DNA from: Gemmatimonadota bacterium
GTDB taxonomy: Bacteria > Gemmatimonadota > Gemmatimonadetes > Longimicrobiales > RSA9
Length of the DNA: 64,000 nt
Direction: 5' to 3'
NCBI GenBank assembly: GCA_039715185.1
Contig: JBDLIA010000004.1
Coordinates: forward strand, 4,503-68,502
The notes beneath the pieces are model-generated. The model saw only the letters and a list, made by a program, of their open reading frames with translations. It was not told the origin of the DNA and did not search any database. Made by a program: the position numbers and the translations under genes. Of this stretch, positions 10,310 to 22,899 are shown in pieces; the first letter of the stretch is position 1, and the number at the start of each line of letters is the position of its first letter.

Positions 10310-11047
10310 ATGGACGAGTACTCCCAGCAGGAGCCGCCGGTCCAGGAAGAGGCGGCTAGCGAAGCCGGCTTGTTCGAGGATCTGATCGACGTCTTTTTCA
10401 ACCCGAGGGAGCTGTTCGCGCGTCGTCGGGACGGGAAATTCTGGGGCGGCCTCATCACCCTCGTCGTGCTGTCGGCCGTGCTCGTATACGCTGCGGCGAG
10501 CGCGATCGGCCCGGTCCTGCAAATGGAGGCTATCCGCCTCATGGCGGCCAACCCCAACGTCGAGCCCGGAACGGCGCCGCCAGGCTTCCTGACCAACCCG
10601 GTCCTGCAGGCTGGCTTCGGTGCGGTCATGACCTTCATCAGCATGTTCGTCTTGGGTCTGTTCATCTGGGCGGTGGGACGAATCCTCGGCGGTGAGCTCG
10701 GCTACGGTCACGGCGTGGCGATCGGCACCTTCGCCGCGTTCCCAAGGCTGCTCGCGCCCATCGCCGAAATCGTCCAGAGCCTCTTCGTGGACCTCAACGC
10801 TCTTACCGCGCGCGCCCAATTGTCGCTGGGGCCTGCCCGCTTCCTCGATCCGGAGACTTCCAGCGCCGTCACCCAGGCGATCGCGGGGCGGCTGGATCTC
10901 ACGGTCGTGTGGGCCACCATCCTGATCGGCGTGGGTTACGTCGTCACCGCGCGCCTGACGCGGGGCAAGGCTGCCACCGGGGCGATCCTGATCTGGGGCG
11001 TCGCGACCGTGCTCGCGCTGGGCGGCGCCGCCCTCTCCGGGGGCTGA
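10310..11047 (+). CDS. Yip1-domain integral membrane protein
   Basis: 245 aa with an acidic N-terminus and an LFEDLIDVFFNPRELF motif, followed by 5 predicted TM helices. This is the typical Yip1/DUF1282 layout. Confidence 0.7.
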   Translation: MDEYSQQEPPVQEEAASEAGLFEDLIDVFFNPRELFARRRDGKFWGGLITLVVLSAVLVYAAASAIGPVLQMEAIRLMAANPNVEPGTAPPGFLTNPVLQAGFGAVMTFISMFVLGLFIWAVGRILGGELGYGHGVAIGTFAAFPRLLAPIAEIVQSLFVDLNALTARAQLSLGPARFLDPETSSAVTQAIAGRLDLTVVWATILIGVGYVVTARLTRGKAATGAILIWGVATVLALGGAALSGG

Positions 11048-11054
11048 TCCGACG

Positions 11055-11083
11055 TTGACGCTCCGCGCGGGTGCCGGTAGTCT
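11055..11083 (+). promoter_or_regulatory. sigma70-type promoter for gltX
   Basis: TTGACG (11055-60), 17 nt, TAGTCT (11078-83). The -10 hexamer sits in the loop of an 11-bp inverted repeat (11066-76 / 11085-95). Confidence 0.5.
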
Positions 11084-11152
11084 GCGGCACCCGCGCCCGG
11101 AGCATCCGGGAGCGCGTCCGGGTCGACGCACCTCCGTTCCCGAACCAGCGCA

Positions 11153-12622
11153 ATGAGCTCAGACCTTCGCGTCCGTTTCGCGCCCTCGCCGACGGGCTTT
11201 CTGCACGTCGGCGGCGCCCGCACGGCGCTCTTCAACTGGCTGCACGCGCGCAGGCACGGAGGCGTGGTCCTGCTGCGCATCGAGGACACCGATCGGGCGC
11301 GTTCCACCGACGAGATGACCGGCGCCATCCTGGACGGCATGACGTGGCTGGGGCTGGACTGGGACGAGGGGCCGGTGTACCAGGCGGACGGGCTGGAGCG
11401 ACACAAGGGCGACGTCGCTCGGCTGCTGGAGGTGGGCGCCGCGTATCGGTGCTTCTGCACGCCGGAGCGCATCGAGGCGGAGCGGAGGGCGGCGGCCGAG
11501 CGCAAGGAAGCCTGGCGCTACGACCGGCTGTGCCTGCGCGAGGTCACGCCCGAAGAGTCCGCCCGACGGGCCGAGGCCGGCGAGCCGTTCGTCGTGCGCA
11601 TGGGCATCCCGGAGGGCGAGACCACCTGGGAAGACGCGGTCCACGGTCCCATGCGCTTCGCCAACAAGGACATCGAGGATTTCATCGTCCTGCGTACTGA
11701 CGGCACGCCGATCTACAACCTGGCCGTGGTGAGCGACGACGCGCACATGCGCGTCACCCACGTGATCCGCGGCGACGACCACCTCTCCAACACGCCCAAG
11801 CAGATCCAGATCTACCGGGCGCTCGGTTGGCCCGAGCCGGTCTTCGCGCACGTGCCCATGATCCTCGGGTCGGACGGCAAGCGGCTGTCCAAGCGGCACG
11901 GCGCGACGGCCGTCGCGGAGTATCGCGAGCTTGGCATCCTGCCGTGGGCGATGGTCAACTTCCTGGCGCTGCTCGGTTGGTCGCCGGGTCAGGACGAGGA
12001 GATCTTCGACGTCGACGAGCTCGTCGCCCGCTTCGACCTGGCCGACGTGCAGAAGCGCAGCGCGGTATTCGACACGCGCAAGCTCGAGTGGCTGAACGGT
12101 CAGCACATCAGCCGGGCATCGGCCGAGACCCTGGACGGCATCGTCACGCCGATGCTGATCGACAGCGGACTGGTCGACGCGAACGCGCTGGACGAGCGTC
12201 GAGCCTGGTACCTGGGTCTCCTGGACATGCTGAAGGTGCGCGCGCGCACCTTCGACGATTTCGTGAAGCAGGCGCGGCCCTACTTCGAGGAGGACGTCGA
12301 GTACGAGGAGGCCGCGACCAGGAAGCACTGGAAGCGGCCGGCCGAGGTCGCGAGCAACCTGGCCGAGTTGCGGACCAGGTTCGCCGGCGTCGCCGAGTGG
12401 GGCCAGGAACGCCTGGAGCCGGCGCTGCGAGGGCTCGCGGAGGAGCGCGAAATGGGCGCCGGGAAGCTGATCCACCCGCTCCGCATCGCGCTCACGGGCA
12501 TGGCCGTCTCGCCGGGGATCTTCGAGGTTCTCGGCGCGATGGGACGGGAGCGCACGTTGCGCCGGATCGACGCCGCCTTGCCCGAGTTGGAACGCCGCGC
12601 TGCGGAGGCGATCGAGGCCTGA
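11153..12622 (+). CDS. gltX: glutamyl-tRNA synthetase
   Basis: 489 aa. Class I signatures are PSPTGFLHVGGARTALFNWL (HIGH region) and KRLSKRHG (KMSKS). Confidence 0.95.
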   Translation: MSSDLRVRFAPSPTGFLHVGGARTALFNWLHARRHGGVVLLRIEDTDRARSTDEMTGAILDGMTWLGLDWDEGPVYQADGLERHKGDVARLLEVGAAYRCFCTPERIEAERRAAAERKEAWRYDRLCLREVTPEESARRAEAGEPFVVRMGIPEGETTWEDAVHGPMRFANKDIEDFIVLRTDGTPIYNLAVVSDDAHMRVTHVIRGDDHLSNTPKQIQIYRALGWPEPVFAHVPMILGSDGKRLSKRHGATAVAEYRELGILPWAMVNFLALLGWSPGQDEEIFDVDELVARFDLADVQKRSAVFDTRKLEWLNGQHISRASAETLDGIVTPMLIDSGLVDANALDERRAWYLGLLDMLKVRARTFDDFVKQARPYFEEDVEYEEAATRKHWKRPAEVASNLAELRTRFAGVAEWGQERLEPALRGLAEEREMGAGKLIHPLRIALTGMAVSPGIFEVLGAMGRERTLRRIDAALPELERRAAEAIEA

Positions 12623-12632
12623 GGCTGGGTGG

Positions 12633-12661
12633 TTGACCCCTACCCGGCCCGCTCGTACCGT
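12633..12661 (+). promoter_or_regulatory. sigma70-type promoter for tRNA-Gln
   Basis: TTGACC (12633-38), 17 nt, TACCGT (12656-61). The tRNA 5' end lies 17 nt downstream. Confidence 0.5.
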
Positions 12662-12677
12662 ATCGACTCGCCGTTCT

Positions 12678-12750
12678 TGCCCCTTGGTGTAACTGGCAAC
12701 ACGCCTGACTCTGGATCAGGAGAGTCCTGGTTCGATCCCAGGAGGGGCAA
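12678..12750 (+). tRNA. tRNA-Gln (anticodon CTG)
   Basis: Manual cloverleaf: acceptor TGCCCCT/AGGGGCA, anticodon stem CCTGA/TCAGG with loop CTCTGGA, and T arm CCTGG-TTCGATC-CCAGG. No CCA is encoded. Confidence 0.9.
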
Positions 12751-12803
12751 TGCCGCCGCTGGCGGAAGCCGCACACGCTCGCACCTGACGACGGGACTGA
12801 GCG

Positions 12804-16615
<3,812 letters not shown>

Positions 16616-16684
16616 CGGCAACGGGTCTCCAGGGTCTCTCGCCGGGCGAATCCCGGGGGCGCTCCACGGGTAATACCGGCGGCG

Positions 16685-16714
16685 ATTATAGACGGGTCCG
16701 CGCCCGCGCTGCAA
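16685..16714 (-). promoter_or_regulatory. sigma70-type promoter for nhaC
   Basis: On the reverse strand: TTGCAG (16714-09), 18 nt, perfect TATAAT (16690-85), about 65 nt upstream of the nhaC ATG. Confidence 0.5.
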
Positions 16715-16753
16715 CGCGACGGGGCGCGCGCAAGCGCGTGCCCCATCGACACA

Positions 16754-16782
16754 TTGACCATCCCGGGGGGCGCCGATACCTT
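16754..16782 (+). promoter_or_regulatory. sigma70-type promoter for the pyr operon
   Basis: TTGACC (16754-59), 17 nt, TACCTT (16777-82), about 60 nt upstream of the pyrR ATG. Confidence 0.5.
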
Positions 16783-16845
16783 GGCGCGACTCCGTGCTGG
16801 CCGCTGCGGCCGCGGGGCCCGACGACCCCCCTCAACCGGAAGCCG

Positions 16846-17406
16846 ATGAGCCCGGGTACGCCCAGGGAACTGATGGACGAGCGTGCCGTAGAGCGCGCGC
16901 TCGCGCGCATGGCGCGCGAATTGGTGGAGCGCAACGGCGGCGTACGGGACATGGTACTGGTCGGCGTCCACCGGCGCGGCGTGCCGCTGTCGGAGCGCCT
17001 GGCGGACGAGATCGAGCGCGCCGAGGGCGCACGTCCGCCGGTGGGGTCGCTGGACATCACTCTGTACCGTGACGACCTGATGGCGATCGGCCCCAGGCCA
17101 GTGGTCGGCGAGAGCCGGCTGCCGGAGGGGGGCATCGACGGCCGCGCCGTGGTGATAGTGGACGACGTCTTCTACACCGGCAGGACCGTGCGGGCCGCGT
17201 TGGACGAGCTCGCCGACTTCGGCCGCCCCTCCCGCATCACCCTGTGCGTGCTGGTGGACCGCGGCGGCCGCGAGCTACCGATCCAGCCGGACGTCGTCGG
17301 CCTGACCGTTCAGGCGCGCGCCGAGCAGCGGGTCGAGGTGCTCATCCCACCTCTGGACGAGCGACTGGCCGTGGTCATGGCTGACCGGCCGGGGGACGAA
17401 TCGTGA
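16846..17406 (+). CDS. pyrR: bifunctional pyrimidine operon regulator / uracil phosphoribosyltransferase
   Basis: Internal ATG 16846 gives 186 aa. The phrases [15 protein letters not shown]...[12 protein letters not shown] and the PRPP loop [18 protein letters not shown] are typical of PyrR. Confidence 0.9.
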   Translation: MSPGTPRELMDERAVERALARMARELVERNGGVRDMVLVGVHRRGVPLSERLADEIERAEGARPPVGSLDITLYRDDLMAIGPRPVVGESRLPEGGIDGRAVVIVDDVFYTGRTVRAALDELADFGRPSRITLCVLVDRGGRELPIQPDVVGLTVQARAEQRVEVLIPPLDERLAVVMADRPGDES

Positions 17407-18371
17407 CCAGCCTGCCGACCTTTCTGGGCAAGGACCTGATCGGCCTGGAGCACCTTTCCGCCGAACAGATCCTGGCGATTCTCGACACCGCGGAGACCTT
17501 CAAGGAGATCAGCGAGCGGCCCATCAAGAAAGTCCCCGTGCTGCGCGGAAAGACCATCGTCAACCTGTTCTTCGAGCCCTCCACGCGCACGCGCATTTCC
17601 TTCGAGTTCGCGGAGAAACGGCTCTCGGCGGACACGGTCAACGTGGCCGCGACGGGGTCCAGCGTAGCCAAGGGGGAGACCCTGGTGGACACCGCGCGCA
17701 ACCTCGAGGCGATGCGCATAGACATGGTCGTGATCCGCCACTCGGCGTCTGGCGCGGCGCGTTTCCTGGCGGAGCGCATCCCGTCCAACGTGGTCAACGC
17801 CGGGGACGGACGTCACGAGCACCCCACGCAGGCGCTGCTGGACCTGCTCACGATCCGGGATCACCGCGGCAGGATCGACGGACTGAAGGTGTGCATCGTG
17901 GGTGACGTCCTGCACTCCAGGGTGGCGCGCTCCAACATCTGGGGCTTGCTCAGGCTGGGAGCCGAGGTGGCGGTATGCGGCCCGGCCACGCTGATGCCCG
18001 CGGCGGTCGAAACGCTGGGCGTGAGGTTCTTTCGGCGCATCGAGGAAGCCATCGAGTGGGCCGACGTGCTCAACGTGCTGCGGCTCCAGTTGGAGCGCAT
18101 GCAGGCCGGCTACGTGCCGAGCCTGCGCGAGTACAACCGCTTCTTCGGCGTCAGCAACGACCGCCTGGCGGCGGCGTCCGACGACATCCTGGTGTTGCAC
18201 CCGGGACCCATGAACCGCGGCGTGGAGATCGACAGCGACGTGGCCGACGGGCCGCACTCGGTGATCCTCGACCAGGTGACCAACGGCGTGGCCGTGCGCA
18301 TGGCGGTCCTCTACCTGCTTGCCGGCGGCGCTCCGGAGGCGGCCGAGGCCGCCAAGGGCGGGGGACGATGA
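17403..18371 (+). CDS. pyrB: aspartate carbamoyltransferase catalytic subunit
   Basis: 322 aa with the motifs [21 protein letters not shown] and HPGPMNRG. It has a GTGA overlap with pyrR. Confidence 0.95.
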   Translation: MTSLPTFLGKDLIGLEHLSAEQILAILDTAETFKEISERPIKKVPVLRGKTIVNLFFEPSTRTRISFEFAEKRLSADTVNVAATGSSVAKGETLVDTARNLEAMRIDMVVIRHSASGAARFLAERIPSNVVNAGDGRHEHPTQALLDLLTIRDHRGRIDGLKVCIVGDVLHSRVARSNIWGLLRLGAEVAVCGPATLMPAAVETLGVRFFRRIEEAIEWADVLNVLRLQLERMQAGYVPSLREYNRFFGVSNDRLAAASDDILVLHPGPMNRGVEIDSDVADGPHSVILDQVTNGVAVRMAVLYLLAGGAPEAAEAAKGGGR

Positions 18372-19663
18372 CGCGCCCGCTGCTGATTCGGGGCGGCCGG
18401 GTGATCGACCCTTCGCGCGGCTTCGACGATGCCGCGGACGTGCTGCTCGTGGGTGGCCGCGTGGAGGCGGTGGGCACCGCCCTCGGCGCTCCGGATGGGG
18501 CGGACACGCTGGACGCCGCGGGGAAGGTGGTCTGCCCGGGGCTGGTGGACGTCCACGTGCACCTGCGCGAGCCCGGCGGGGAGCGCAAAGAGACCATAGC
18601 AACGGGTTCGCTCGCGGCGGCCGCGGGGGGCTTCACCACCATCTGCGCCATGCCCAACACCGACCCGCCGATCGACGACCCCGCGGCGGTGGGCTTCGTG
18701 AGCGCGGCGGGAGCACGCGCCGGACACGCGCGCGTGTTCCCCCTGGGCGCGGTGTCCGTGGGCCTCGCAGGCGAGCGGCTCGCCCCGGTCGGCGAGATGG
18801 TGGAGGCGGGCGCAGTGGGCATCACCGACGACGGCCATCCGGTCTACGACGCCGGTCTGATGCGCCTGGCCCTCGAGTACGGCCGCTCGTTCGACATCCC
18901 GGTGGCGAGCCACTGTGAGGTGCGGAGCCTCTCGCGCGGGGGCTCGATGAACGAGGGGGTCGTGTCGACCCGGCTCGGGCTGACCGGCATGCCGAACGCA
19001 GCCGAAGACGTGATGATCGCGCGCGACCTGTTTCTGGCGGAGCTGACCGGCGGCAGGGTTCATATCCAGCACGTCACCACCAAGCGGGGCACGGAGCTGA
19101 TTCGGGACGCCAAGGCGCGCGGCGTGACGGTCACCGCCGAGGGCACACCGCACCATTTTTCGCTCACGGATGAGGCCGTCGAGGGGTACCAGACCCACGC
19201 CAAGGTGAACCCGCCGCTCCGGTCCGAGCAGGACCGCCGCGCGGTCCTCGCGGCGGTCGCGGACGGGACGCTGGACTGCATCGCGACGGACCATGCCCCG
19301 CACCACTACGATGAGAAGGAGCAGGCCTTCGACGACGCGCCGTTCGGCCTGATCGGGCTGGAGACCGCGCTCGGTGTGTCTCTGAGTAGATTGGTTGTGG
19401 ATCAACATCTCAGCCTTCCGGACCTGATTCATCGAATGAGTACCGGACCCGCGCGCGCGTTCGGGCTGAACGCGGGCACTCTGGCGCTGGGCGCTCCCGC
19501 TGACGTGACCGTGATCGACACGGCGGCGAGTTGGACGGTGGACGCGCGTACGTTCCGCTCGCGCAGCCGCAACACCCCCTTCGACGGCTGGACCCTGACC
19601 GGCCGGGCGGTCGCAACGATCGTGGGCGGCGCGGTCGTGCACGCGATGGATGGGGCGGAATGA
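18368..19663 (+). CDS. pyrC: dihydroorotase
   Basis: ATG 18368 overlaps the pyrB stop (ATGA). Amidohydrolase motifs are [20 protein letters not shown] and GLIGLETAL. Confidence 0.9.
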   Translation: MTRPLLIRGGRVIDPSRGFDDAADVLLVGGRVEAVGTALGAPDGADTLDAAGKVVCPGLVDVHVHLREPGGERKETIATGSLAAAAGGFTTICAMPNTDPPIDDPAAVGFVSAAGARAGHARVFPLGAVSVGLAGERLAPVGEMVEAGAVGITDDGHPVYDAGLMRLALEYGRSFDIPVASHCEVRSLSRGGSMNEGVVSTRLGLTGMPNAAEDVMIARDLFLAELTGGRVHIQHVTTKRGTELIRDAKARGVTVTAEGTPHHFSLTDEAVEGYQTHAKVNPPLRSEQDRRAVLAAVADGTLDCIATDHAPHHYDEKEQAFDDAPFGLIGLETALGVSLSRLVVDQHLSLPDLIHRMSTGPARAFGLNAGTLALGAPADVTVIDTAASWTVDARTFRSRSRNTPFDGWTLTGRAVATIVGGAVVHAMDGAE

Positions 19664-20805
19664 GCGAGGCCCAGGCGCTCCAGACGCCGCGCGAGTGGCT
19701 AGGCGAGGCTCCGTTCCCGTGGCCCTCGTTCGAGTCGGTGGAGGACGGCGCACTGCTGCGCGCGTGTTTCTTCGTCACCGAACTGCGGGCTGACACCACG
19801 CGCGCCGGGCAACCGTACCTGCGCCTCCGCCTCGCCGATCGCAACGGCCTGCTGGAAGGGATGGTTTGGGACGACGTCGAGCGGATCGCGCCGACGGTTC
19901 GGCAGGGGGCGTACGTGGGCGTCAGCGGCCGGGTCGGCAGCTACAACGGGCGCAAGCAGCTGCGCGTCGAAGCCCTCGCGCCGCTGCGCGTGTCGCCGGA
20001 GGAGGCCGAGCTCTTCGTGCCGCGGTCGAGCCGCGACCCGCGCGAGATGGCGGCCGAGCTCGACGATCTGGTGGAGTCGATTTCCGACGATGGCCTGCGC
20101 GCGGTCGTGCGCCGCTGCCTGGACCCCGCGACGGACGTGGGTCGCCTGTTCTTGCGCTCGCCGGCCGCGAAGCGCAACCACCATGCCTACGCCGGTGGCC
20201 TGCTGGAGCACACGCTCTCGGTCACGCAGGCGTGCGACGGGCTGGCCCGGCACTACGGAGAGGACGTCGACCGCGATCTCCTGGTGGCCGGGGCGCTGCT
20301 GCACGACATCGGCAAGACACGCGAGATCAGCCTCGCGCCGGGTTTTCCCTATAGCGATGAGGGCCGCCTGCTGGGCCACATCGTCATCGGGCTGGCCCAC
20401 GTCGAAGCCGCCGCGCGCCTGGAGCCCGGGCTCGACGAGGGGAGACGGACGCTGCTGCTGCACCTCATCGCAGCGCACCAGGGTCGCTACGAATGGCAGA
20501 GCCCTCGCGAGCCGATGATCCTCGAGGCGCTCCTGCTGCACTACGCGGACGATCTGGACGCGAAGATGGCTCAGGTGCGCGGGCGGCTCGCGCACGCCCC
20601 CGCGGCCGGCTGGAGCGGTTACGACCGTTCGCTGGGTCGAGAGTTCTACCGGCACCTGGCTCGCGAGCGCGCGGGAACGGGAGTGGTCGATGCGGCCGCG
20701 GAGGGGCGCTACGATACCGCCGATGCGGGTCCCGGCGCCGAGGATGTGGAGCCCGCCGAGTCGGGTCCGGGTGCGCCGTCCCTGTTCGACGCGTTGCCGG
20801 ACTGA
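19660..20805 (+). CDS. OB-fold plus HD-domain phosphohydrolase (YhaM-like 3'-5' exoribonuclease family)
   Basis: ATG 19660 overlaps the pyrC stop. The N-terminal OB fold reads LRLRLADRNGLLEGMVWDD...VSGRVGSYNGRKQL. The HD domain reads HHAYAGGLLEHTLSV...LLHDIGK. Confidence 0.8.
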   Translation: MSEAQALQTPREWLGEAPFPWPSFESVEDGALLRACFFVTELRADTTRAGQPYLRLRLADRNGLLEGMVWDDVERIAPTVRQGAYVGVSGRVGSYNGRKQLRVEALAPLRVSPEEAELFVPRSSRDPREMAAELDDLVESISDDGLRAVVRRCLDPATDVGRLFLRSPAAKRNHHAYAGGLLEHTLSVTQACDGLARHYGEDVDRDLLVAGALLHDIGKTREISLAPGFPYSDEGRLLGHIVIGLAHVEAAARLEPGLDEGRRTLLLHLIAAHQGRYEWQSPREPMILEALLLHYADDLDAKMAQVRGRLAHAPAAGWSGYDRSLGREFYRHLARERAGTGVVDAAAEGRYDTADAGPGAEDVEPAESGPGAPSLFDALPD

Positions 20806-20835
20806 AGCCGATCCGCCGTAGCCTGGATGCGAAAA

Positions 20836-20865
20836 GGCCGCGCACCCCCTGCGGGAGTCGCGGCC
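20836..20865 (-). terminator. intrinsic terminator downstream of rpsT, between convergent genes
   Basis: GGCCGCG (20836-42) pairs with CGCGGCC (20859-65). It is flanked by AAAA on the + strand, which reads as a U-tract for the - strand transcript. Confidence 0.45.
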
Positions 20866-20891
20866 TCGGCGCGTCGGTCCTAGGAGCCGCT

Positions 20892-21155
20892 CTAGGGCTG
20901 TCCGCCGAGCTCGGTCACGCGCTTGGCGAGCTGGGACTTCTTGCGCGCGGCCTTGTTGGGATGGATCAGCCGCCGAGAGGCGTACCGGTCGAGTATGGCG
21001 GCGGTCTCGCGGTAGGCCTCAGTGGCCTCGCCGGCGTCCGTCGCCGTCATGACCCGCTTGATGGCCGTACGCATGCGCGAGCGCTGGGCGCGATTGCGCT
21101 CCGAACGCTTGCGCGCCTGACGCATACGCTTCTCGGATCCCTTGATATTCGGCAC
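20892..21155 (-). CDS. rpsT: 30S ribosomal protein S20
   Basis: GTG 21155 lies 9 nt after AGGAG. The product (M)PNIKGSEKRMRQARKRSERNRAQRSRMRTAIKRV is a canonical S20 N-terminus. Confidence 0.9.
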   Translation of the reverse strand: MPNIKGSEKRMRQARKRSERNRAQRSRMRTAIKRVMTATDAGEATEAYRETAAILDRYASRRLIHPNKAARKKSQLAKRVTELGGQP

Positions 21156-21202
21156 GAAGAAAGTCTCCTGGACCGCTGCAACCATGGTTTCGGCAGCCAG
21201 CA

Positions 21203-21231
21203 ACTCTACCGGGGCGGCAGGCGCCTGTCAA
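21203..21231 (-). promoter_or_regulatory. sigma70-type promoter for rpsT
   Basis: On the reverse strand: TTGACA (21231-26), 17 nt, TAGAGT (21208-03). Confidence 0.55.
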
Positions 21232-21307
21232 TCCCGCGCGCGCTCGCAGGGCACGCGCTCGCGCGCGCCTGGCGCCGCCCGATTTCTTTGCCTTAGCTTC
21301 CCGGCCC

Positions 21308-21961
21308 ATGGAACTGCTGCTTTTCCTGCCGCCGCTGCTGGTCGCCGTCGTCGTGCATGAGGTGGCGCACGCCTGGATGGCGCTCCGGCAGGGCGACGAC
21401 ACCGCCGCCCGGCTCGGGCGTGTCAGCCTACGGCCGCTGCGCCACCTGGATTTCTTCGGCAGCTTCCTGGTGCCGGTCATCCTATGGCTGGGCAACGCGC
21501 CGTTCCTGTTCGGCTGGGCGAAGCCGGTGCCGGTGAACCCGAGCAACTTTCGTGACCATCGTCGTGGCGACATCCTCGTGTCGCTTGCGGGCCCGGCGTC
21601 CAACTTCCTGCTGGCGGCCGCGAGCGTTGTCGCGGCGGTCCTCTTCGTCTGGGTGGGGCGCGTTGCGGGGCCGGTCGAGCCAGGCGTGTCTTTCGTGGCC
21701 GAAATGGCCCGCTTTTCGGTGTTCATCAACTTGCTTCTGGGGATTTTCAACCTGATCCCGATCCCGCCGCTGGACGGGTCCCACGTCCTCTACCACCTGT
21801 TGCCGGAGGAGCTGGGCCTCGCCTACCGGCGCGCCGGGCGCTTCGGCATCCTGCTGCTCGTCGGGCTGCTGTTCTTCGTGCCGGGTGCGTTCGACGTCAT
21901 GTTGTGGCCGGTCGCGGCGATCGACCGCGTCGCGCTCGACCTCATCCGGTTGGCCACGTGA
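21308..21961 (+). CDS. site-2 protease family (peptidase M50) membrane metalloprotease
   Basis: 217 aa and polytopic, with HEVAHAWMA (HExxH) in the first TM and the downstream NLIPIPPLDGSHV motif. Confidence 0.8.
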   Translation: MELLLFLPPLLVAVVVHEVAHAWMALRQGDDTAARLGRVSLRPLRHLDFFGSFLVPVILWLGNAPFLFGWAKPVPVNPSNFRDHRRGDILVSLAGPASNFLLAAASVVAAVLFVWVGRVAGPVEPGVSFVAEMARFSVFINLLLGIFNLIPIPPLDGSHVLYHLLPEELGLAYRRAGRFGILLLVGLLFFVPGAFDVMLWPVAAIDRVALDLIRLAT

Positions 21962-22899
21962 ACGACCACGAGCGGCTGGAGGAAGTCCGGCCAGGCGAGG
22001 GACTGGAGGAGGCTGCGGTCAGGGCCGCCGTCGGGCCCGATGGGGCGCCCCCGCCGGTAGAGGTGGAGATGGTCGACCCGGAGGCGGTCGAGAGGGAAGC
22101 CCATGCGCCCGCCGCCCCGGACGCGGGGGGCGAGCCCCCGGACGAGTTCCTCGTCAGTCTGGACCGGTTCGCGGGTCCGTTGGATCTCCTGCTGCACCTG
22201 ATTCGCGAGCAGGACATCGACATCCTCGATATCCCGGTGGGCAAAGTCACCGAGCAGTTCCTGGCGGCGATAGAGGGGATCGACGTGACGGGGCTGGACA
22301 ACGCCGGTGACTTCCTGGAAATGGCGGCGACGCTGGTCCGCATCAAGGCGCGCATGCTGCTGCCCCGGCCGGCCGGTGCCACCGACCTCGAATCGGATCC
22401 GCGCTACGAGCTGGTGCGCCGGCTGCTGGAGTACGAGCACTTCCGCGAGGCCGCCAGGCGCATGGAGGTCGCCGAGACCGAGCGCGCCCGCCACTACGCG
22501 CGGGGCTACGTGCCGCCGGCTCCCGCGCCCAGCGTGCCCGAAGAGCTGCCCATAGAGTGGGCGGACGTCTGGGAGGCGACGCTGGGACTGGAGGGGCGCG
22601 AAAGAGAGCTCCGTCAGCATCAGGTAGCCCGGCGGGGGGTGCCGGTCGACCACAAGATGCGCGTGATAGTCGGCGCGCTCAGGCGCCTGAAGCGGGTCGA
22701 ATTCCGGGAACTGGTGGCGCCTTTCCGCGACCGCCTGCACTCGATCGTGACGCTCCTGGCCGGGCTCGAGTTGGCCAGGAGTCAGCGGGTTTCCCTGAAG
22801 CAGAGCACGCCCTTCAGCCCCCTGTGGCTGTTCCGGGGGGAGAAGATCGACGAAGAGGACCCGGAGGGTCCGGGCGCCGAGGAGGGAGCGAAGCCATGA
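21958..22899 (+). CDS. scpA: segregation and condensation protein A
   Basis: GTG 21958 overlaps the upstream stop (GTGA). The ScpA signature is FAGPLDLLLHLIREQDIDILDIPVGKVTEQFL. An alternative ATG at 21904 would overlap the M50 gene by 58 nt. Confidence 0.8.
   Translation: MNDHERLEEVRPGEGLEEAAVRAAVGPDGAPPPVEVEMVDPEAVEREAHAPAAPDAGGEPPDEFLVSLDRFAGPLDLLLHLIREQDIDILDIPVGKVTEQFLAAIEGIDVTGLDNAGDFLEMAATLVRIKARMLLPRPAGATDLESDPRYELVRRLLEYEHFREAARRMEVAETERARHYARGYVPPAPAPSVPEELPIEWADVWEATLGLEGRERELRQHQVARRGVPVDHKMRVIVGALRRLKRVEFRELVAPFRDRLHSIVTLLAGLELARSQRVSLKQSTPFSPLWLFRGEKIDEEDPEGPGAEEGAKP

Noticed and set aside
12751-12803. An SOS box upstream of the lexA-like gene
   Set aside because: No CTGT-N8-ACAG, GAAC-N4-GTTC or other extended palindrome is present. 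Only CCGCC-GCT-GGCGG is there, which is more likely a small post-tRNA hairpin.
16783-16845. A PyrR-binding RNA loop (consensus like AGUCCAGAGAGGCU) in the pyr leader
   Set aside because: No similar sequence is present in the 60-nt leader. Only a GGCCGC-T-GCGGCC palindrome is there, and its loop is too tight to form a hairpin.
21293-21310. TAGCTT 8 nt before the M50 protease ATG as a -10 element of a leaderless mRNA
   Set aside because: No acceptable -35 hexamer lies at 16-18 nt upstream (GGCGCC or TGGCGC), so a promoter call is unsupported.
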